Shown: positions 53,985 through 62,317, counted from the first letter of the stretch. The stretch: 64,000 bases of DNA from an uncultured Chloroflexia bacterium (GCA_963712745.1 CAVQJC010000007.1:13110-77109), one strand, 5' to 3'. Translations and numbers: made by a program. Notes: generated by a model not told the origin, from the letters alone.

Positions 53985-54047
53985 GAATCGCCAGGCGTAC
54001 GATGTCTGGTCGTCGTCGCCATGGCGCAGGCAGCCGAGGCGGCGCGA
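53985..54047 (+). repeat. Array repeat R0 (terminal copy, divergent left half)
   Basis: GAATCGCCAggcgtacgatGTCTGGTCGTCGTCGCCATGGCgcaGGCAGCCGAGGCGGCGCGA. Confidence 0.85.
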
Positions 54048-54208
54048 GCAAATCAGCCGGTGGGCACGGCTGGTCGCCGACTCCTAGCTCTCGCCTACTC
54101 CTTGGTCTCGGCCCACGCTCCAGCCGGGTGCGCTTGCGCTGGCGCCGCGTATCTCTTCAACTCGCTCTGGGTTCGCCGTCCATCGAGCCGCCATCGACCG
54201 GTCGGTCA

Positions 54209-55108
54209 TCACTCCTCTGGATGGAGTTGGTAGACGAGGAACGTCTCGGTGAGCGGCAGGGTCGGGGGCTGCTCGAAGATGTCGAAGTGGTCGGCGTCTA
54301 TCTCGGCGTAGACGAACTCCCGGTCGACCTCGGCGAGGGCTGCCGCCAGGTTCCGGGACGCCTGAACGTCGACGTTGGTGTCGCGGGTGCCGTGGATGAT
54401 GAGGATGGGCACGGTCTCCGCATCGACGAGGTAGGCGGGCGAGACCGCACGCCACGCGGCGGGGTCATCCTCGTAGCTGGCGCCCAGCAGGCTCTCGTAG
54501 ACCGCCGTCTGCTCCGGGTACGGGTTGCCGATCGTGAGGTCGACGTCGCCCGAGACGCTGACGACGCAGGTGACGCGGCTCGAGATGCCCGCCATGTCAG
54601 GGTCACTCGTGTCGCGGGCATCGGTCATGCCGACCAGCGACGCGAGGTGGCCACCGGAGGAATGGCCGAGGGCGCAGATCCGGTCGGGGTCGACGCCGTA
54701 GTCCGCCGCGTGAGCGCGGATCCAGCGGACCGCTGCCTGGGCATCCTCGAGTTGTGCCGGCCATGGGTTCGTGCCCGTCGACGGATCGTGGAGGCGGTAG
54801 CCCGCCGCAAAGGCCACGTAGCCAGCCTCGGCCATCTGGCGTGCAGAGTCGAGGACCCACAGCGGATCCCCGATGTCGTATCCGCCGCCGGAGAAGAAGA
54901 CGACGGCGGGCCGTGGCGCGGTCCGAGGCTCTGGCTCGTAGGCATGGATAACCTGCTTTGGGTCTTCGCCGTACTCGAGGGACGTCGTGAGGCTCGGCCA
55001 CGCGCTCTGTTGGTTCGGCTCCTCCGACTGAGCCACGACCGCACTGCCCAGTCCGCTGAGCAGTGCCAAGATGACCGTCACCGACAGGGACAGTCGCAAC
55101 GTCCGCAT
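54209..55108 (-). CDS. Cassette 1: secreted alpha/beta hydrolase (esterase)
   Basis: Signal MRTLRLSLSVTVILALL; GHSSGG nucleophile, HGTRD, DADHF. Confidence 0.9.
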   Translation of the reverse strand: MRTLRLSLSVTVILALLSGLGSAVVAQSEEPNQQSAWPSLTTSLEYGEDPKQVIHAYEPEPRTAPRPAVVFFSGGGYDIGDPLWVLDSARQMAEAGYVAFAAGYRLHDPSTGTNPWPAQLEDAQAAVRWIRAHAADYGVDPDRICALGHSSGGHLASLVGMTDARDTSDPDMAGISSRVTCVVSVSGDVDLTIGNPYPEQTAVYESLLGASYEDDPAAWRAVSPAYLVDAETVPILIIHGTRDTNVDVQASRNLAAALAEVDREFVYAEIDADHFDIFEQPPTLPLTETFLVYQLHPEE

Positions 55109-55249
55109 GACATCCCCCTTTGCTGCGCGGGCCGGTTTCGCCAGTGGCTCGGCGCGGTCCTCGGCGGCCAGGATGTGGGCCGCGCGTCAGAGCCTCCCGC
55201 TACTGGTGATTCTCTCGCGGGCGTCTATCCGCTCCGCAGCCACTATCCG
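55109..55249 (-). promoter_or_regulatory. Conserved cassette leader L1
   Basis: Homologous to five other leaders; ends in GGGGG RBS. Confidence 0.8.
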
Positions 55250-55295
55250 GAATCGCCATGAATAGCGGGTTATGTCTGGTCGTCGCCGCCCTGGC
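55250..55295 (+). repeat. Array repeat R1
   Basis: GAATCGCCATGAATAGCGGGTTATGTCTGGTCGTCGCCGCCCTGGC. Confidence 0.95.
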
Positions 55296-55364
55296 GTCAG
55301 GCTGCTGGGCCGTCCCGGCCCTCGACTGCCGAGCGTCGCAGGCAGCGGAGGTGGCGCGAGGGGT

Positions 55365-55886
55365 CTACTCGGCAGGTAGTCCTGGCATCTCGCCCGAGAC
55401 GATGACGCCGTTCCACGAGTCCAATCCGCGGAAGCCGAACTCCGGATCGGCATAGAGGATGGCCGTGAGGCCGCCGTATCCACCGGCCCCGCTGAGTACG
55501 AGTTGCTCGATATCGATCCCCGGATCTCCGTCGATGAAGACCCTGGTGCCGTTGCCCGACCACGACCCTCCTTCGTTGGCGATCTCCACCCTCGAGGAGA
55601 TCAGGCCGAAGCCGTCGTACGCCCGCTCAGCCATGACGACGGAGCCGTCGCCGGTGAGCCGTGGATCGTCCATCACGAGACCGAAGCACCAGGTCCAGCT
55701 GGCCGTGCCGTCGTCGAGTTCGGTGAAATCCTCCTCCAGCTCGCACGGCACGCTCGCGCCGCCAATCGGACTCATACCCCCGCTCACGACGACGGCTTCA
55801 TCGTCCTGCGCTGCGACACTGACCGCTGAGCCCGCCAGCTGGCCGATGGTGAGGAGCGTGATGATGCCGATCCTGATCGTTCCCAT
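55365..55886 (-). CDS. Cassette 2: secreted hypothetical protein (DPRL/GxYxGL family)
   Basis: Signal peptide ending AAQ; DPRLTG, GSWSG, GAGGYGGL. Confidence 0.8.
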   Translation of the reverse strand: MGTIRIGIITLLTIGQLAGSAVSVAAQDDEAVVVSGGMSPIGGASVPCELEEDFTELDDGTASWTWCFGLVMDDPRLTGDGSVVMAERAYDGFGLISSRVEIANEGGSWSGNGTRVFIDGDPGIDIEQLVLSGAGGYGGLTAILYADPEFGFRGLDSWNGVIVSGEMPGLPAE

Positions 55887-55996
55887 GGTCTCTCCCTCGA
55901 TACTCACGCTGGCGAGTCGATCCCGCCTGTACCAGGTAGACGATTCTCGAGGCGCAGGCGTCCCACGAGCCGTTGCTGCAACGCCGCCCCATGCGA

Positions 55997-56042
55997 GAAT
56001 CGCCATGAATAGCGGGTTTGGTCTGGTCATCGCCGCCATGGC
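55997..56042 (+). repeat. Array repeat R2
   Basis: GAATCGCCATGAATAGCGGGTTTGGTCTGGTCATCGCCGCCATGGC. Confidence 0.95.
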
Positions 56043-56095
56043 CGCGCACGCCACGGGCGCCACCATGGCGACGCCAGCCGAGGCGGCGCGATGGG

Positions 56096-56608
56096 TTAGT
56101 CGGTGGGAAGCGGCAGCGGTGGCGGGTCACCGGCGTAGACGATGCCCTCGACAGTCCCGGGTTCGCCGAAGTCGGCCACGGCGCGACCGACGAAGACGAG
56201 GCCGTCGTATGCATCGGTCCCGCTGTACACGACGTAGCTGTTGGCTCGTTGCTCGGGGTCGTGGGTGCCCGCATAGGCGCCCACCCACGTGCCATCGGGA
56301 CCAGCGATTTCTTGGGTGCCCCAGTAGGTGCACGGCCATTCGCTGAAGCAGTCCTCGTTGTAGACCTTCGTGGCGACACCGCTCAGTCGGGGATCGGACA
56401 TCTCCGAGGTGCACACGAGGCCCATGCCACGGTAGCTCTTCACCTCACCTTCGGTGGTGACCTCAGGGCCTTGTTCGACGATGCAGTCGACATCAGTCCC
56501 GGTCACCCAGATGGCTGCCTCCTCGTCCTGCGCCAGGACCGCTCCGCTCACATCAGCGGCCAGCGCCAAGATGACCGTCACCGCCAGGGACAGTCGCAAC
56601 GTACGCAT
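56096..56608 (-). CDS. Cassette 3: secreted hypothetical protein (DPRL/GxYxGL family)
   Basis: Signal MRTLRLSLAVTVILAL; DPRLSG, GTWVG, GTDAYDGL. Confidence 0.82.
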   Translation of the reverse strand: MRTLRLSLAVTVILALAADVSGAVLAQDEEAAIWVTGTDVDCIVEQGPEVTTEGEVKSYRGMGLVCTSEMSDPRLSGVATKVYNEDCFSEWPCTYWGTQEIAGPDGTWVGAYAGTHDPEQRANSYVVYSGTDAYDGLVFVGRAVADFGEPGTVEGIVYAGDPPPLPLPTD

Positions 56609-56738
56609 GTCATTCCCCCTCACGCGCGGGTCGGGTTCGCCAGTGGCTCAGCGCGGCCCCGGCGGCCATAGTCAGGGACCTGCGCGTCACAGCCTCCCAC
56701 TACGGACGATTCTCTCGCGGGCGTCCATCGCCTCGCTG
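56609..56738 (-). promoter_or_regulatory. Conserved cassette leader L3
   Basis: + strand GGGTTCGCCAGTGGCTC...GCCTCCCACTAC...GATTCTCTCGCGGGCGTCC. Confidence 0.8.
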
Positions 56739-56785
56739 GTATCGCCATGAAGAGCGGGTCTTGATCTGGTCGTCGCTGCCATGGC
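56739..56785 (+). repeat. Array repeat R3
   Basis: GTATCGCCATGAAGAGCGGGTCTTGATCTGGTCGTCGCTGCCATGGC. Confidence 0.92.
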
Positions 56786-56812
56786 GCAGACAGCCGAGGT
56801 GGCGCGATGGGG

Positions 56813-57928
56813 TTACTCGGCGGGCGGCTCCACGGGGTCGGGCATCGGCGCCACCAGCTCGCTGGGCACGATCATACCCCACGAACTCATGCTGAGGCGG
56901 TCGGCGGACTCGTGAAGGAAGAGGGTCAGGCCGTCATAGCCGGCCTCGCCCGTCATCTTAGTCATGCTCGCGATCCCCCCGACCTGGTCGGAGCTAGCCG
57001 CGATGATCTGCGATGAGCCCGACCAGGCGCCGTCGTCATTGACGAGCCGTGCCGTGATCGACCAGTTCTGCACTTGGGTGTGTTCGGATCCGAACCCGGT
57101 CCGGTTCTGCCACGTCGTCATCAGCCCGGATGCTCGCGGGTCGGTCGCTGTGATCCGGTCCACCTGCACCACCCCGCGCGACTCGGTCACCGAACCGTCC
57201 GCGCTCTCGTTGTCGGTGCCCCAGTCCGGCTCTTCGGCCTGCTCGGACGTGAAGACGAAGGCCGCCGGTGCCATCGGGTCCGCCGGTCCCTCAGCGGACG
57301 AGGACGCGATGGCCTCGGGATCGGGTGCCATCTGCATCAGGAACCCTTCTCCGGGCACGGCCTCAGCCGGCTCGGGGAAACCAGGAACCTCACCCTCGAA
57401 GATCCAGCCGTCGTACGCGACATCCCAGGGTCCGTGGGCATCCACGTCGGGCGTACCGCGCAGGAACGCGTGCAGGCCGTCGTAGGCACCCTCCCCCACC
57501 AGTTGGTAGTAGCTGTCGCGATCGTCAGGCGACTCGAAGGCCCGACCCGTTCCGCGCCAGATCCCTTCGTCATCGACGAGCAGGTGGCTCGTCTCGAGCG
57601 TCATCACGCCGGCCTCGGGGTCGTCGCCGTAGATGGCGAGGTTGAGCCGGATCCAGTGCTCGCTCGGGAGGCGTGGGTCGCTCCACTCCACGCGCTGTCC
57701 GAAGGTGTGGCCCTGTTCGCGCAGGACGCCCGCCTCGTCACTGGACGTGACGGTGTCTTCCGCTTGCTGCTCGACGTACTCGCCCGTCTCGGTGGACAGC
57801 TCTAGGACCGTGCCGGTCACATAGGCGGGCGTGGATGGTTCCTCGCTCTGGGCGGCCGCCTCCATCGCTGTGCCGACGAGCATCGCCGCGATGACCGGCC
57901 CCACCAGGAATGCTGGTGCCGTACGCAT
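56813..57928 (-). CDS. Cassette 4: secreted protein with two DPRL/GxYxGL domains
   Basis: Signal peptide; SDPRL..GIWRG..GEGAYDGL and TDPRA..GAWSG..GEAGYDGL. Confidence 0.82.
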   Translation of the reverse strand: MRTAPAFLVGPVIAAMLVGTAMEAAAQSEEPSTPAYVTGTVLELSTETGEYVEQQAEDTVTSSDEAGVLREQGHTFGQRVEWSDPRLPSEHWIRLNLAIYGDDPEAGVMTLETSHLLVDDEGIWRGTGRAFESPDDRDSYYQLVGEGAYDGLHAFLRGTPDVDAHGPWDVAYDGWIFEGEVPGFPEPAEAVPGEGFLMQMAPDPEAIASSSAEGPADPMAPAAFVFTSEQAEEPDWGTDNESADGSVTESRGVVQVDRITATDPRASGLMTTWQNRTGFGSEHTQVQNWSITARLVNDDGAWSGSSQIIAASSDQVGGIASMTKMTGEAGYDGLTLFLHESADRLSMSSWGMIVPSELVAPMPDPVEPPAE

Positions 57929-58058
57929 GACATCCCCTTTGCATGCGCGGGTCGGGTTCGCCAGTGGCTCGGCGCGGTCCAGGCGGCCATTGCTGGGGCC
58001 GCGTCTCATCGCCTCCCGCTACGAACGATTCTCTCGCGGACGTCCAACAGCGATCCCA
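57929..58058 (-). promoter_or_regulatory. Conserved cassette leader L4
   Basis: Homologous to L1 and L3. Confidence 0.8.
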
Positions 58059-58104
58059 GAATCGCCATGAATAGCGGGTCATGTCTGGTCGTCGCCGCCA
58101 TGGC
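58059..58104 (+). repeat. Array repeat R4
   Basis: GAATCGCCATGAATAGCGGGTCATGTCTGGTCGTCGCCGCCATGGC. Confidence 0.95.
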
Positions 58105-58184
58105 ACGCGCATACGGCCAGGCCGACCTGCGACCAACCGGGGCGTGAGGCGCCAAGGGCGTCGCGGCGATGTTCGGCAACCGTC

Positions 58185-58379
58185 CTACGACGCTGGGACC
58201 TTCTCGATCACGAGAAGGAAGTCCACGCGGGGCATCCACAGGAACCCTATGGTGACGTTCGGGACGATGCTCACGACCTCTCCCTCCAGGTCGTTGAGGA
58301 AGCGCTCGAGGTTCGCCTCATCCTTCGTCATCGAGACATCGATGCGATGCACTCGGTACCGGTGGCCGGTGGCTGCCAT
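58185..58379 (-). CDS. Cassette 5: small hypothetical protein (64 aa)
   Basis: MAATGHRYRVHRIDV...LEGEVVSIVPNV...VDFLLVIEK; GAGGGGG RBS. Confidence 0.75.
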   Translation of the reverse strand: MAATGHRYRVHRIDVSMTKDEANLERFLNDLEGEVVSIVPNVTIGFLWMPRVDFLLVIEKVPAS

Positions 58380-58524
58380 GTGGATGCCCCCTCGTATGCG
58401 CGGGCTGGGTTCGCCAGTGGTTCGACGCGGCCCAAGGCGGCCATCGTCGACGGACCGCGCGTCAGCGCCTCCCGCTGCGTCGATTCTCTCGCGGGCGTCC
58501 ATGGGCTCGCGATGGCGCTCGGCG
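58380..58524 (-). promoter_or_regulatory. Conserved cassette leader L5
   Basis: Homologous to L1, L3 and L4. Confidence 0.8.
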
Positions 58525-58570
58525 AGATCGCCATGTATAGAGGGTCATGGCTGGTCGTCGCTGCCATGGT
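58525..58570 (+). repeat. Array repeat R5
   Basis: AGATCGCCATGTATAGAGGGTCATGGCTGGTCGTCGCTGCCATGGT. Confidence 0.9.
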
Positions 58571-58698
58571 GATGCACACGGGTCGGCGTCCAGCCCATGA
58601 CCTGAGGAACGGCCCGCCGTCTGAACGGCCCGACGTCTGACCGGCGCTGGACGATCGCAGCATCCAACGAGCGGGCGGCGTCCAGATGGAGGTGACTC

Positions 58699-59142
58699 TT
58701 GGCCGCCAGCGGCCGCATCACGGTTCACCTCGATCGCCCAGCCGAGGATGTCTTCGACTACGTCAGCAACGTCGAGAACAACCCACGATGGCGCACCGCG
58801 GTCATCGAGACGAGATGGCTCGATCCGGGACCCAACAGGCCCGGGCGTCGCGGCGAGCAGACATCGAGGATCCTCGGTCGCCGGCACACCGTCACGGCGG
58901 AGGTCGTCGACTGGGACCCGCCTCGACACGTCAGCTGGGCGACGACGGCTGGCGGCGCGGATGTCCGCACCCACTGTCGCGTCGATGCGGACGGCGACAG
59001 GTGCACCCTCACGCTCGAGTCGGAAGGGCAGTTCACCGGCGTGTGGCGACTCTTGACCCCGGTCGCGGCGGCGATGCTGCGCCGGCAGTCGATAGCTGAC
59101 ATCGAGCGCCTCCGGGCGGTCCTGGGGGACCGCCCAGGCTGA
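58699..59142 (+). CDS. Cassette 6: SRPBCC family protein
   Basis: DRPAEDVFDYVSNVENNPRW; GGAGGTGA RBS before TTG. Confidence 0.85.
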   Translation: MAASGRITVHLDRPAEDVFDYVSNVENNPRWRTAVIETRWLDPGPNRPGRRGEQTSRILGRRHTVTAEVVDWDPPRHVSWATTAGGADVRTHCRVDADGDRCTLTLESEGQFTGVWRLLTPVAAAMLRRQSIADIERLRAVLGDRPG

Positions 59143-59191
59143 CCCTGGGCCCGGCCATCTGCCGCCTCTGACGTAGCGATGGCGCTCTGCG

Positions 59192-59236
59192 GAACCGCCA
59201 TGGATGGCGGGTGGACCTGGTCGTCGCCGCCATGGC
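59192..59236 (+). repeat. Array repeat R6
   Basis: GAACCGCCATGGATGGCGGGTGGACCTGGTCGTCGCCGCCATGGC. Confidence 0.9.
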
Positions 59237-59319
59237 TGTGGGTTACAGCGGTCGGCGTCCGCTCCAGGGCGAACCTCGGGAGTCCCGCCGCCACAGTCGA
59301 CAAGACCACGCGGACCCTG

Positions 59320-59892
59320 TCACCTCTCCGCCGCTTCCGGCGAGGTTGGTTTCTCGAACCACACCAATCGATAGCGCATGACCTTGGGCTCGTCCTCCGC
59401 TTCGATGATGTCCTCGAACAGTTCATCGATGCGATGTTGCAGCTGCTGCTGGACGGTCTCGGGTTCCGCCTGGACCGTCTCTGCCTCGACGAGGTGCGCC
59501 GCCTTTACGCGCTCGATCATCGCGTTCCCGAGCGCCAGAGCGACGTCGCGGGCGGTCGTCGCGTCGTCGTCGCGAACCTCGATCCGCACCGTCAATGCAT
59601 CAGCGCGACTCGTCGCCGAGATCCGCTCGAGCAGACTCTCGGGGCGTTCGTCGAGGCCGAGCTTCTCGATGACCCGGGCAGCGACGGGCCGGGACCGGGC
59701 CAGCTGCGCGTAGCGCTCGGCACGCGCCTCTGCCTCGCGGAAGTCGGCGACGCTCGGAGCGGGCCCTGGGTCGACGCGCAGCAACGCCGTAGCCTCGTGG
59801 CCCAGCTGGGCGCGCGGCCCGCATGTGAGCACCATCGCAGCCAGGAGGGCCACGGGGGCCCCGGCGGCAGCGAGCCTGTGCGGTACGGACAT
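59320..59892 (-). CDS. Cassette 7: Wzz/YveK-like periplasmic-domain protein
   Basis: ATALLRV...YAQLARSRPVAARVIEKLGL...IEVRDDD..ARDVA resembles a chain-length regulator domain; lacks the C-terminal TM. Confidence 0.6.
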   Translation of the reverse strand: MSVPHRLAAAGAPVALLAAMVLTCGPRAQLGHEATALLRVDPGPAPSVADFREAEARAERYAQLARSRPVAARVIEKLGLDERPESLLERISATSRADALTVRIEVRDDDATTARDVALALGNAMIERVKAAHLVEAETVQAEPETVQQQLQHRIDELFEDIIEAEDEPKVMRYRLVWFEKPTSPEAAER

Positions 59893-60046
59893 CGGCTCCC
59901 CTTGGTGGCAGCATGCGGATACGCGGCTGCCTTCATGCTACGCCGCGGCTACGGGCACGGCGGCAGGCGTGGAGCATGCACCCGTTGTGCTCTTGGACGG
60001 TGACCGCGATGGGGCCCGGCTGGAACAGGCCAGCCTTGACACAGAC

Positions 60047-60092
60047 GAATCGCCATGCATAGCGGGTGATGTCTGGTCGTCGCCGCCATGGT
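60047..60092 (+). repeat. Array repeat R7
   Basis: GAATCGCCATGCATAGCGGGTGATGTCTGGTCGTCGCCGCCATGGT. Confidence 0.95.
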
Positions 60093-60118
60093 GCAGGCAG
60101 CCGAGAAGCGCGATCGGG

Positions 60119-60991
60119 TCAGTCGGCAGGCGTGGCCTCAGTGGGCCCATCGACATGCGTCAGCGTGGCGCTCAGCATGATCGCCAGCTCGTCCGAATCG
60201 TTTCGGATCACATGGACCGTGTCGTCCGCGAAGGATTCCGACGTGAGCTGGTCGGCGTCGGGCGCAATGAACCTGACCGAGTTGGTCAGCGCCGCGTCGA
60301 TCTCGGATGGGGCAGCGAAACCGCTCTCCAAGCGACCTGCTTCGAGCACCAGGAGGCGCAGCAACCCGGCCTCGTCAGACCCAAGCACGAGCTGGCCGCC
60401 GGGGTCGAACGTGAGTCGCTCGAACGTGACCGCGACCGGTGTCGCGAACAGGAGATCCACGGTCTCGGGTGGCAGCACGTTGAGGTCGAGGAGTCGCCAG
60501 TCCATGCCGGTGGGCAGGACCGGTGGCTCCGCGGGGTCATCACTGTCGCCGACCGACAGGGCATACGACACGAACGTCTCGGGCCCCTCGTTCGTGAAGC
60601 TCCTCCCGGCCCCACCGTTGTAGAAGAGCACGAGATCCCCGGCGTCCGCGCTGGCAGTCGTCCCGGCGGGAAGGTCCTCGGTCGCCCCGTCCGCTCGCCA
60701 GATCACCGCCCGGTCATTGTCCGTCCACGTGATCGAGCCGCGCTCGACGTACTCCAGGCTGGCCCATTCATGGGGCTGGGCCGAGCCGACTTCGCCGGTC
60801 ACGCCCGGCTCGATGCTGGTCCGAGCAATCCCGAGACGGACGGCGTCCTCGGGGATGGCCTCGCCAGGGATGACGCCGTGGTCGGCCAAGACCTTGACGC
60901 TGGCGCGGGGCACCTCTTCCTGTGCCAGCGCCGCGCTGCCCAGCAGCACCAGGATGACCGTCCCTGCCAGGGACAAGCGCAACGTACGCAT
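60119..60991 (-). CDS. Cassette 8: secreted tandem cupin-like protein
   Basis: Signal MRTLRLSLAGTVILVLL; IEPG..EYVERGSI..AGDLVLF..FTNEG and FDPG..LEAGRL..IRNDSDE. Confidence 0.75.
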   Translation of the reverse strand: MRTLRLSLAGTVILVLLGSAALAQEEVPRASVKVLADHGVIPGEAIPEDAVRLGIARTSIEPGVTGEVGSAQPHEWASLEYVERGSITWTDNDRAVIWRADGATEDLPAGTTASADAGDLVLFYNGGAGRSFTNEGPETFVSYALSVGDSDDPAEPPVLPTGMDWRLLDLNVLPPETVDLLFATPVAVTFERLTFDPGGQLVLGSDEAGLLRLLVLEAGRLESGFAAPSEIDAALTNSVRFIAPDADQLTSESFADDTVHVIRNDSDELAIMLSATLTHVDGPTEATPAD

Positions 60992-61130
60992 GCTGTTCCC
61001 CCTCGCTCACGCGGGCTGGGCCCGCCAGTCGCTCGGCACGGTCCAGGCGGCCACTGCTGGGACCGCGCATCATCGCCTCCCGCTACATGTGATTCTCGCG
61101 GCCGTCTATCGGCTCCGCAGCCACTCTCCA
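60992..61130 (-). promoter_or_regulatory. Conserved cassette leader L8
   Basis: Homologous leader; shares the GTCTATC.GCTCCGCAGCCACT segment with L1. Confidence 0.8.
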
Positions 61131-61176
61131 GAATCGCCATGTAGAGAGGGTTTGGTCTGGTCGTCGCCGCCATGGC
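61131..61176 (+). repeat. Array repeat R8
   Basis: GAATCGCCATGTAGAGAGGGTTTGGTCTGGTCGTCGCCGCCATGGC. Confidence 0.93.
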
Positions 61177-61230
61177 TAGGCACACCACAGGCAGCCGAGG
61201 CGGCGCGATGGATTACTCGGTGAGATCGCT

Positions 61231-62125
61231 TCAGGCACCCTTCTCCACCGGGTTCGAGGATCACTCGTCCACTCCTCCAGCGCTCCGTCGTACATGGCCA
61301 CGTCCTCGAAGCCCATGAGGTGCAGGACCAGCGCCGCGAAGGCGCCGTAGTAGCCGCCACCGCAGTAGGTGATGGTCGACTGCGCGGATCGAGCCCGGTC
61401 TCCTCCAGCATGACGGCGAGGTCCCCGGCCCCCTTGACCACGCCCGTGACGTCGAGCAGCTCGGGTGCCGGGAGGCTCACCGCACTGGGGATGTGCTCGT
61501 AGTCGTAGCTGCCGGAGGGTAGGGCGTCCACGATGTTGACGGCAGGATCGTCGATGGCGGCCCTGACCTCGTCCATCGCCACATACCACTCCGGTCGCAC
61601 CTCGGCCGTGAAGACGGCCGGCCCGATGACCGGCGCCTCCGTCTCGAGTGGCAGGCCCTCGGCCTCCCAGGCATCGATGCCGCCATCGAGGAGCTTGGCG
61701 TCCTCGTGGCCGTAGTACCGCAGCGCCCACCACACACGGGCTCCCCACAGCCCACCCTCATCGTCGTAGATGACAACGGTCGTGTCGTCCCCGATGCCCT
61801 TCTCGCCCATGAGCTCGGCGAACGGCTCGGCGTCCATGATGTCGGAGGGGCAACAGAGCTCATCGAAGATGTCGACGAGGACGGCTCCGGGGATGTGCCC
61901 TTGCGAGTAGAGGATCGGCCCATCCGCGCGAGCATCCACGATCCGCACGGACGGATCATCCAGGTGCTCAGCCAGCCGATCCGAGTCCACCAGGACCTCG
62001 GGATGGACGTATTCCACTGGGAGCTCGAAGGCGCCGCTCGACGAAGCCTCCTGCCCGACGGCCGGTACGCCCCCAAGCGCCAGGCACAGCACGACGGCCG
62101 CTCCCGCGGTCCAAAGCCTACGCAT
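61231..62125 (-). CDS. Cassette 9: secreted double-domain sulfurtransferase (rhodanese), frameshifted near 61385 and 61258
   Basis: GHIPGAV, RVWWALRYYGH, LDGG, HIPSA; ITYCGGG and YDGALEEW in the shifted frame. Confidence 0.85.
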
Positions 62126-62271
62126 CGCGATACCCCCTCTCCTGCATGCGGGCCGGGTTCGCCAGTGGCTCTGCACGGTCCAGGCGGCCATGATCAGCAG
62201 GCCGTGCTTCGGAGCCGCCCGCTACACCGATTCTCCCGCTGGCGTCCATCAAGTCCGCCTGAGCAGCGCAG
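62126..62271 (-). promoter_or_regulatory. Conserved cassette leader L9
   Basis: + strand GGGTTCGCCAGTGGCTC...CAGGCGGCCA...CCCGCTAC..GATTCTC. Confidence 0.8.
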
Positions 62272-62317
62272 GAATCGCCATGAATAGCGGGTTTGGCCTG
62301 GTCGCCGCCGCCATGGC
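62272..62317 (+). repeat. Array repeat R9
   Basis: GAATCGCCATGAATAGCGGGTTTGGCCTGGTCGCCGCCGCCATGGC. Confidence 0.93.

Noticed and set aside
55120-55200. Cobalamin riboswitch (GCCACTG in the leader)
   Set aside because: Lacks the downstream GGGAAG and B12-box elements; cargo is unrelated to B12
55251-55280. dif/Xer site (TTATGTCTGGT resembles an XerD arm)
   Set aside because: TTAT, the most conserved part of dif, is the most variable part among the 12 copies, so the resemblance holds for R1 only
55887-56066. N-terminal extension or peptide 'MAATTRPNPLFMAIL' read through the repeat
   Set aside because: By-product of translating the repeat; frame not preserved in copies with indels; real starts have their own RBS downstream
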